DNA of 64,000 nucleotides from Eledone cirrhosa (lineage: Eukaryota), in NCBI GenBank assembly GCA_964016885.1, contig OZ024740.1, positions 162,254,001 to 162,318,000 on the forward strand. The letters are read 5' to 3'. A model generated the notes under the pieces. The model did no database searches and was not told the DNA's origin. It saw only the letters and a list, made by a program, of their open reading frames with translations. Below, one piece after another: positions 54,120 through 64,000 of the stretch; the stretch's first letter is position 1, and every line of letters begins with the position of its first letter. Both the position numbers and the translations under genes were made by a program.

Positions 54120-54178
54120 TACATATGTATGTATGAATACATATATGTATATATGTATATGTGTGAATATATAAATAA

Positions 54179-54254
<76 letters not shown>

Positions 54255-54535
54255 ATATGCATGTGTGTGAATATATATAAATATATAAATATATATTGTT
54301 ATACTTGGGGAGGGTCATATTTGCATAATATTGCCAGAATTAATAACAGAACACACTCACTGTTTGGTTGGTTTTCGCTTCTCGCTGTCTTTTATATCTG
54401 CGATCTAACTTACTCGGTCCTCAATACTTATATATGTTTAATATACAACTATAAATATGGAGTACTAAGCACTAGCCTGTTACCGGTATGACAAAAGGCT
54501 AAATGCAAATTATCAAGTGTTTTACAGAGTCGAGA

Positions 54536-54810
54536 TACAAAGTGTTAAAACAATCAAATCTTAGTTTAATACATTTATTTGCTGACAATTGTTTCTTCCA
54601 GAGAGATGTCTGAAATCATCGGAGCATAGGAAATGATGTCTAGGACACTAACATCACTTATGTATCTACCTGAGTGTTCTGAAGACTAGGATTTTGATCA
54701 CCTGTTTAACATTCCCTATGCTCCTATGATTCCAGACATCCCTCTGGAAGAAACAATTGTCAGCAAATAAATGTATTAAACTAAGATTTGATTGTTTTAA
54801 CACTTTGTAT
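54536..54810. repeat. Approximately 100-bp-arm inverted repeat with hammerhead-like motifs (core variants)
   Basis: Plus 54719-54765: tgct-cctatga-ttccaga-catccc-tctggaa-GAAA-caattg-TC-agca, then AATAAA. The minus copy at 54580-54626 has core ccgatga. Confidence 0.85.
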
Positions 54811-54824
54811 ATATATATATATAC

Positions 54825-54874
<50 letters not shown>

Positions 54875-54877
54875 GTG

Positions 54878-54963
<86 letters not shown>

Positions 54964-55545
54964 CATGCCCGCACACATATACAAATGAATTGAAAATAAA
55001 CTAAACAAAATATAATAGTGATATTTTCTTTTATAAAATGCGTTAAACGTTTGAGCAAAATGGTTGAATAAATATCGACAAATTTACTGAGTAATGGAAA
55101 GCTGTATTAAGTGTCATCTAATTGTTTCCTCCTCTATAGAACCCTAACAACCAATGCTCATTCCTTCCAACACTCCCTAAACACCTTTATTTAATTATTT
55201 ATTTTTTTTTATTTAATCATTCATTCAGTTATTCATTTATTTGATTGGTTATTTATTTATTTATTTATTCGTTTTCTTTTCATTCTTTTATTTGTTTCAT
55301 AGTTCATGTTATTTTGTATAATTTGTCATTTATTTTTTATTTTAATGTTTGTTTACTTTATATTTGTGTATTTGTTTTTACCCCCCACCTCCACCCCGCC
55401 TCGTTGATTCATTACACAGGTGTAGTTTATCAGAAGAAATAACAACAGCAGCAGCAGCCTCAACAAATCCAATCTCAGCTGTAATAGTAATAGCTCATTC
55501 CTCAAGAATAGCAGTAGTAGTATTGATAGTAATAGCAACAGCACC

Positions 55546-55592
<47 letters not shown>

Positions 55593-55644
55593 CAGCAGCA
55601 AGAGCAGCAGCAGTAGCATCATCATCATCAGTAGTAGTAGTAGT

Positions 55645-55676
<32 letters not shown>

Positions 55677-56039
55677 TAATAGTAGTAGTTGTAAGGGTAC
55701 TGCTATTACTAATACTAGTAGTAGTAATTGTTATGATTATTGCAAACGTAACAGTAGAATTAATAACAGTAACACGACCAACAGCAGAAGGCGAGAACCA
55801 TTACATAAACAACAGTGCAAGTCGACAAAGTTGTTAACATTTTCAGCTATGCAGAGTTGGCATCCTTTTGATCCATTGATCTAAAAATTGTATTTATATT
55901 GACGTTGATTTCTTTCTCCTTCGAGTTCCATATATATTGGGACAGCAAGGAGAGGTTCATTTTATATTTGCGTGAGAAAAGAATAGTTCCTCCATTCCTT
56001 CAAAGTATAGCGGAAAAATATAACATTTTATTGAAATCT

Positions 56040-56710
56040 TGTGGAGGTGCGTGGCTTAGTGTTTAGAGAATTGGATTCGCAATTGTGAGGTTGGGAGATC
56101 GATTCCCGGAGCGGGCAATGCGTTAGACCTTTGAGCAAAACACTTTATTTTACGTTGCTCCTTCTGTCAGGAGATGCGAACGGTAGATAGTATCAGCATG
56201 GAAAGACCAATTGTAACATTATTTCCTTGGTCCGATTTGATGAGGTCCACCTTCTCGGTAAGCGAATAAAGTCTGGGATCTTATCGATTGATTCCTCCTC
56301 CTCCTTCTTTATGAAATCTTTTGAGATACTCAGCAAATGGTAAATCGTCTCAATGTATCTTTTAAGGTACTCTCAGTTACAAACGGTAAATATTCCGATA
56401 TGTAAAGTATGGTAGTGATTAACATATTGGTTACCATATTGGTAACCTCGCTAGTATTAATGTCAATTGTCAATTTGACAAACTGTCAAAAGTATGCTAA
56501 GTCATCTGAAACCAGGTGACTAGTGGTGATTACAAGACTGTCTTGAGGCAACTTGAAAATATTTAAATTTCTATTTCAATCTGGGTCAATATGTTCCATT
56601 GTAAAGGCGTTGGCATAGTTGTTAGGGTGCCGAACTCACAATCATAAGGCTGTGAGTTCATTTTCTGGGCCGTTGTGTTCTTCAGCAAAACACTTTATTT
56701 CACGTTGCTT
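56040..56710 (+). mobile_element. Two decayed tRNA-derived SINE heads (about 56040-56160 and 56605-56710)
   Basis: gtggcttagtg..tcgattcccgg..gagcaaaacactttattt, related to 43135-43230. Confidence 0.65.
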
Positions 56711-57129
56711 TTCATGATAGGACTGGGATCCCAATCATTAAAACACTCAAAGAACCTCTTATGAGATGCAACCTCGTAGGAAGTCAGCTAAATCTGGATC
56801 GGTGAGAGCAGAGCTGGATATTTCATTTTCGTTTTCAACATTGTCCAAGGTTTCTTTTTAAAAGATGGTAAGGAGAGATTTAAGAGGGATTTGGCTGTTG
56901 TTTCTTAGCAAGATCATAGTATAGGTGTTGTTTTAGTCATCGGCTAGTATTCATGACAATCTCATTGTTTTGTGTGGCATATGGTTAAGTGAGATTTTAA
57001 CGAGATTTGGCTAATATTTCTAACAATTCGAGAAACCGATTACTGGCTCATTCGACGATGATGTCGGTGGCGGTTGTGGTAGTGTGATGGTGTTGATGCT
57101 GGTGTGATGGTGTTGGTGCTAACAAGGCC

Positions 57130-57397
57130 GATGTTGTTTTTGATGATGATGATGATGACGATGATGATGATAGTGGTGGCGATGGTAATGATGATGATGA
57201 TGATTATTATTATGAAGAGGAAGAGGAGGAGTTTAATGAAATGATGATGATGGTAGTGGTGGTGGTGATGATGTTGATGATGAATATGATGGTGATAACG
57301 ACAACGACAATGATAACGATGACTATAATGATGAAAAGGATGTTGACGATAAAAATGAAGAAGATGAAGGAGAGGAGGAAATGAATGGTTTGACGAT

Positions 57398-57435
<38 letters not shown>

Positions 57436-58520
57436 TGACGACGATGTCGATGATGACGACGATGACGATGACGACTACAAGGAAAACAACAGAAATGCGG
57501 GTGCAGCATTAATTTAACATATTCTATCTGCAACTGTATAACAAAACATGGGCAGGGGGAGGAGGGGAAGTGGTAGTGTGAGAGGAGAGAGTAGGGGGAA
57601 GTGGGAGTGGTGGGAGGAGGGGAAGTGGTGGTGTGGGAGTGGAGTAAGGAGGCGAAGTTGTAGTGGTGAGGGGGAGTGGGAGAGGAGGGAGTAGGGGGAA
57701 GTGGTAGTGGTGGGATGAGGGGAAGTAGTAGGGGTGGGAGGAGGGGAAGTGGTAGTGTACGAGGGGGGGGGGGGGGAATGGAGGAGGGAAGTGGTAGTGT
57801 GAGAATGGTTGTGGGAGTGGGAAGAGGAGGGGAAGTTGTAGTGTGAGGGAAAGGGGGAAAGGAGGGAGAAGCAAGCAAGTGCAAAGACAAGACACTGACA
57901 AACAAAAGAGGAGACTGTTATTATACTGGAGGTTTACTGTAGTGGTGAACTGTAAACAACGTGGAATGGATGGTAGAATGGTGGTGTGGTGGTGGTGGTG
58001 GTGGTGGTGGTGTGGTGGTTGGTGGTGGTGTGGTGGTGGTGGTGGTGGTGTGGTGGTGGTGTGGTGGTGTGGTGGTGGTGAGGGTGGTGGTGGTGGTGAT
58101 GGTGGTGGTGGTGGTGGTGGTGGTGGTGGTGGTGGTGGTGGTGGTGGTGTGGTGGTGGTGGTTGTGGTGGTGGTGGTGGTGGTGGTGGTGGTGGTGGTGG
58201 TGGTGGTGGTGGTGGTTGGTGGTGGTGGTGGTGGTGGTGGTGGTGGTGGTGGTGGTGGTGGTGAGGGTGGTGGTGGTGGTGAGGGTAGTGGTTGGTGGTG
58301 GTGGTGGTGGTTGTGGTGGTGGTGGTGGTGGTGAGGGTAGTGGTTGGTGGTGGTGGTGAGGGTAGTGGTGGTGGTGGAGGTGGTGGTGGTGGTGAGGGTA
58401 GTGGTTGGTGGTGGTGGTGGTGGTGGTGGTGGTGGTGAGGGTAGTGGTTGTTGGTGGTGGTGGTGGTGGTAGTGGTAGTGGTGGTGGTGGTAGTGGTGGT
58501 GGTGGTGGTGGTAGTGAAGG
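57130..58520. repeat. (GAT/GAC)n, gggaagtggtagtg minisatellite and (GGT)n tract
   Basis: Direct inspection. Confidence 0.9.
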
Positions 58521-58599
58521 GGATGCTAGTGGGGAAAATGGCGAGGGAAGTAAAGAAATTATGAAATTTAGGAAAAGGAGCAGAAATAGAATTGTATAA

Positions 58600-59188
58600 T
58601 CATTATTATTTCTACTACAGCAACAAGGCCAGCAATATCCCAGTGCATTACTGGTACTTTATTTTATCGATCCCCCATAAGGATGGCAGGCAAAGCTAAT
58701 CTCAGCAGTATTTAAACTCAGAACATAAAGGGCCATAACTCTATGCTGCAAAGCATGATGTCTGGCGCTCTACCGATACTGTCACTTCTATAGGCACAAG
58801 GCCAGTAATTTTGGGCAGGGGAAAGTCGATTAAATCGACCCCAATACATTACTGGTACTTTATTTTACCGACAAAGGCAAAGCTAACCTCGGTGGGATTT
58901 GAACTCAGATCGTAAAAGGCTATAACTCTATGTTGCAAAATATGTTGTTCGAAGCTCTACAGATACTGCCCATCCATCACCCTTAAAATAATGGTTTCTG
59001 CTTTAGGCACAAGGCCAGCAATTTGGGGGGAGGAAAAAGTCGATTAAATTGACACCAGTGCGTTGCTGGTACTTTATTTGATCGTCCCTGGAAGGATGAA
59101 AGGCAAAGTTAACCTCAACGGGATGTGAACTCAGAATGTAAGGAGCAGGAAAAATGCCGTAAAGCATTTTATCCTGTGCTCTGACGAT
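58600..59188 (-). mobile_element. Three tandem SINE copies
   Basis: caaggccag..tggtactttattt..ggcaaag.taa.ctc..aactcaga repeated three times. Confidence 0.85.
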
Positions 59189-60726
59189 TCTTCTTCTTCT
59201 TCTTCTTCTTCTTCTTCTTCTTCTTCTTCTTCTTCTTCTTTGGAAGGAGTGTTTGAGGACTCTGACCCCACGACCCTCTCAAGAAGAAGAAGAAGAAGAA
59301 GAAGAAGAAGAAGAAGAAGAAAGAGCGAAGTGGAGGGTTTAAATCACATCGAGATCAGATTTGATGTGGCTGATTTGTTTTCAACTTGACTCCATTGCTA
59401 AGAGTACAATATTAAAAGGACAGTAAGTAGTATTTTCCCCTTACATTCGTGCTGGTCTTGATACGTATTGTTTCTGGCTTCTTTATGTTAGTTGGAAATC
59501 TGAACCCCTATATTCCCCAAACAATAGAATTCCAACAGGGAAACTATAAGCAGATAACAGTGGTATGAATTTCATTTTAAACTGGAAATTTATTACCAAC
59601 ATTATTTTTATTGCTCATTCAAAGGTCGAAGGTTAGCTAATACTCCTGAGGTTTTTGTAATGTCCCTGGGGCTAGTGGAGAAAATAGAGAGAGAAAAAAG
59701 ACAACTTGTTGTTGCATCCTATCATTGTTTTTACAGAAATATTGTACTCCATACTACAACGATTAATGTTTTTAAAAATAGGGTTCTGTGTGGATTGAGG
59801 GAGATTTGGCTGCCATTTCCAACAGGTTAAATGTACACGTAGAATCAATCAACATGACACGCAAATTGTCGAAGTAGGAAGCAAAACATAGCGTCAAATC
59901 ATAGCCTACTGTTTAATAACTAAGTGATGGGAATATAGGACAATGCAATCACCGATATACAAAAATATGGATGGTCACGGCTGTAGGGCCTTTAATCATA
60001 GGCCTGTCGTCTCCATGAGAGCCAGCCTCGGGATAAACAACAACTCACAAACAAACGAAGAAGTATCCATGAAGTTGCCAAAGTTTCTAGAAATAGCAGC
60101 AAAATATCCATCAACTCATATCCAACTATCTTCAGAGAGTGAAAAACTATATATCCCAACATAATCACTGGTATACAAAAACATGCTATGCTTGCAGCTG
60201 GGACTGCTTTGATAACAGCTCATGGCGATTAGGGATGCGCGTTAGTCGTTACTGCTATCTATTTAAGCAAACTAGGGAGTCGTGCAGTATTCGCTTGACC
60301 TGCTAAAAATAACGAAATAAAATTTCTTTAAAAAAAATAAATCTATATCTATATTGGATGAATAAAATATGAGATGGTCATGGCTGAGACGCTTACGTTA
60401 TGGGTCTAGTGAATTATAATTGACTTCAGGCTAAAAACAAGCCACAACAAAAACAAATATACATTATTAATAGTAATATCGTGGAGTTTGCCTCCACCAT
60501 TACCACAACCATTCCAACGCCATATTGAACTATATCGTTGTCTGATAGGTTCAAAATAAGAGTCAGATTGCACTCTACCGTCTTGAAAAAGAGAGGGTCA
60601 TATTGATGAAGTCATAGATATGCAGTACCTGCCAGAAGGATAAGGTAATGATGACTGAAATGCCGTAGAAAGGATAGCTCCAGCAATAAACATACAAAAA
60701 GGTACAGTAATGTGGAGGACATATAC

Positions 60727-60948
60727 CAGACCTGCCAACATCTAAAAACCCAAACGGGGTATACCATGTAAAAAGTTCCCCAAAACGGGGAGAAATGAGG
60801 CAAAATGTTGAGATTTTACATAATGAAAGCTATACCCATTTTCACAAGGGAAGACCTAGCAACTCACCCCGTCAAACGGGGAGATCTCCCACCCACTTTG
60901 GGGTGGGTGAGAGATCTCCCCGTTTGACGGGGTGAGTTGCTAGGTCTG
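60727..60948. mobile_element. hAT-like MITE with an internal perfect-arm palindrome (60852-60947)
   Basis: Ends are cagacctgccaac and gttgctaggtctg, with a flanking 6-bp direct repeat atatac. Confidence 0.6.
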
Positions 60949-60969
60949 ATATACATACATAATATAAAA

Positions 60970-61552
60970 GGGTACTGGTGGAATGTTTGTCAAAACCCCA
61001 ATAAAATGAATACACAGTAAACCAGACAGTGATAATGGACAGAGAAACGAAGGCATGCACAGTTGCCTAACAGATGTCAATATAATGTTAAAGATCAGTG
61101 AAAAGGAGAATATTTATGAGGAATCTACAGATACTCCACTCTGACTATACCTTTAGATCTATACCTATGATCATTGAGGCTCATGGATTCATTACTAACT
61201 GCCTCAAATCTTGAGAAGCTGGGCGTCACAGAACCAGAAGAAGCGCAGCTAGTTAGGAAGTTACAAGTATAGTCCATTAATGGAACTCTAAAAATTTGTA
61301 AACATTTAATAAATTCTACATATAACTGAAAATACATATGGGAAGTCACAAGCAAATGCTCGTGTACACATATTACTCAAAACCTACAGATCCACACATA
61401 CAATAACCTCCACACACACACACACACACACACACATACATACATACATATATACCCTGTTGGTGTAGTCTAAATTCCAATGAAAGGGCCTTGTATCTTA
61501 TAGAAACCGGCTCTCTATTAGTGAAAATTTATGAAAGAATAAAATCAGTCGA
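60970..61552 (+). mobile_element. Decayed 3' end of an R4/Dong family A relative with (TACA)n tail
   Basis: Aligns with the reverse complement of 19450-20055 (gtactggtggaatgtt..atcagtgaaaaggagaatatttat..gtccattaatggaac). Confidence 0.8.
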
Positions 61553-61894
61553 ACATACATACATGCATATGCATATATACATACATTCATTCATACATTC
61601 ATAAATGATGGCTGAAAACTCGTGTTCGAGCATTGCCATCGTCCGATAAAATGCTCAAACATGTGAGGCACAAATGTGGCTCTTTAAACAAGCCAAAGAA
61701 TTGCACCCTTTGGCACATATATGGCAACTGTAGGCTCTTCTGGTACTTTCCGTTACTTTGTTCTGGCTGTTTGTTCTCTTAATCTACATGAGGTGTACAT
61801 ACATACATACATAAATAGATACATACATAAATGCATACACGCATACATACATACATACATACATTCATACATACATACAAACATATATACATAC

Positions 61895-64000
61895 ATTCTG
61901 TTCCCCACTCTTGGATGATAGAGGCCCTCCAACTTGCTAAAGTCCCAGACATTATTGTCAGAGCCATAGAGAGGCTGTCTTCTTTTTGGGTTACTATCCT
62001 AAGATTAAAGACACAGAGGGAGGACTCTATTTTCACTGATAAAATAAAATATTGCAGGGGTATATTTCAGGGGGACAGTCTCTCTGTGATATTATTCATC
62101 TTGTCATTAAACCCCTTGTCCTTTCTGCTCAAGAAATGTGAGGGATACATCATTGGCTCACACGAGGACAGAAATACGAACCTAACCCATAATTTCTTTG
62201 TGGACGATCTGAAACTATATGCCAAGAACATGGATGGGGTGAAGAAAAATCTTGACCTGGTTACAACGTTCTCAAAGGATATAGGAATGGAGTTTGACAA
62301 AGATAAATGCTCATACATGACTGTAAAGCGGGGAAAAATAACAACCCAATCTAGCAACATTGTCATCAATGGTCTAACTGTTTCATCGATATCTGATGAG
62401 GACTGCTACAGATACCTGGGGATAGATGAGAACATATCCTATAATGGTATCTGTAATAAAGAACGCGTAACCAAGGAATACTACACCCGATTAAGAAACA
62501 TCTGGTCATCGGAACTCTCTGCGCAAAACAAAACAGTGGCTCACAATGTGTTTGCTGTGCCTGTCTTAACACCAACGTTTGGAATACTCAATTGGACGAT
62601 AGACGAAATCCGAGAACCCTGTGTGATAATAAAAAAAAACTGACACTTGGGATGTCGCTCAGCAGTATCGCAGTGAATCCATGGATGAAAAACTGCATGC
62701 CTATCAGCAAAAAAATCATGCATGGATATGTTGCAAGGAAGCTCCAGAGTGAGAGTAATATAGATAAGGAAATTAGTCTATCTTGGACCAACAACCGCTA
62801 TATTGGCTCCCACTTTGAAGGATACGCTTTTGCAATCCAGGAATAGGAGATTCACAAAAGAGATAGGGATGCAGGCAAAACACCTAGATGTGATAACAAG
62901 TGCAGACGCTGCAGAACTAACATCGAGGATATCACCCATGTCATCAGCAGCTGTCCAAAGATGTCATCGCGGTACTATCTACCTATGAGGCATGATGTAG
63001 TGGCCAAAACACTGTACAATGCAGTTCGTAAAAAAGATAGCCCCTACATACATACATACATACATACATACATACATACATACATACATACATACATACA
63101 TACATACATACATACATACAGAGGCCTAACATCAGTCCAGACAACATTTGAATGTCGCATCATATCTCTCCGACAACATCTACGAACCTCGAAGCGTAGG
63201 AGCTCGTTTCTCGAGCAAGTCTATCTGCATGAAACAGATAAGATCATGAGAGTTGGGAAGGAACTCCTCGAGAGATATTCCCAGTGTGATAATCAAAAAC
63301 TCACACCCAGGGATGTCGCTCAGCAGTATCGCAGTGAATCCATGGATGAAAAACTGCATGCTTATCAGCGAAAAATCATGCATGGATATGTTGCCAGGAA
63401 GCTCCAGCGTGAGAATAATATAGATAAAGAAAGTAGTCTATCTTGGACCAACAACCGCTATATTGGCTCCTAATTTGAAGGATACGCTTTTGCAATCCAG
63501 AAACAGGAGATTAACACGACATACCTGATTCACAAAAGAGATAGGGATGCAGGCAAAACACCTAGTGTGATAACAAGTGGAGACTCTGCAGAACTAACAT
63601 CGAGGATATCACCCATGTCATCAGAAGCTGTCCAAAGATGTCATCGCGGTACTATCTACCTTCTGAGGCATAATGTAGTGGCCAACACAATGTACAATGC
63701 AGTTCATAAAAAAGATAGCCCCGATAATAAACACATTAAAAGCTACAGCAATGTGGAAGACATCCATGTACATAGTATGAAAGAGTACTGGTGGAATGTT
63801 CCAGTAAAAACCCTAATAAAATGCAGGCATAACAGACCAGATATTATGATATGGGACAGGGAGAAGAAAGCATGCACAGTAGTGGAAATTAGCTGCCTAG
63901 CAGATGCCAATATAATATCAAAGATTAGTGAAAAGGAGAATATTTATGCAGAACTGATGAGAAATCTGCAGATACTCCACCCTGATTACACCTTCAGATT
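61895..64000 (+). mobile_element. Two R4/Dong family A fragments (61895-63044 and 63121 to window end) separated by (TACA)n
   Basis: SVPHSWMIEAL..GIFQGDSLS..FFVDDLKLYA..YRYLG, near-identical to 19666-21588. There is an internal deletion at about 62615. Confidence 0.92.

Noticed and set aside
59320-59430. Donor-like CA|GTAAGT after purine-rich sequence
   Set aside because: The upstream frames I checked contain stops and there is no clear acceptor.

Overview
AT-rich, microsatellite-dense eukaryotic (metazoan) DNA. The SINE families and repeat style suggest an octopus or other cephalopod, which is my inference. I found no host protein-coding gene, and nearly all ORFs in the track are microsatellite artefacts. 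The window is a nest of transposable elements: a young RTE-clade LINE, a Tx1/L1-like LINE, three R4/Dong-like (RT plus restriction-like endonuclease) families, decayed Penelope-like and CR1-like RT, three mariner relics, two Helitron-like non-autonomous elements, hAT- and piggyBac-like MITEs and many tRNA-derived SINEs. Three hidden patterns stand out. (1) At least five sequence-unrelated short non-coding elements each carry a complete or nearly complete type I hammerhead ribozyme fold, and there are further broken copies. Most have a palindromic helix III, many occur as inverted pairs, and all run out into (TA)n, consistent with Penelope-type termini or retrozymes. (2) A 5.9-kb RTE insertion bounded by a 15-bp TSD has its 5' 2.2 kb inverted (twin-priming geometry) and carries about 1.2 kb of extra upstream sequence. 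(3) Microsatellite targets are partitioned among retroelement families, including an RTE-derived non-autonomous element whose (TATG)n tails appear to be the landing pads of R4/Dong elements. All folds and alignments were done by eye, and coordinates of decayed repeats are approximate.
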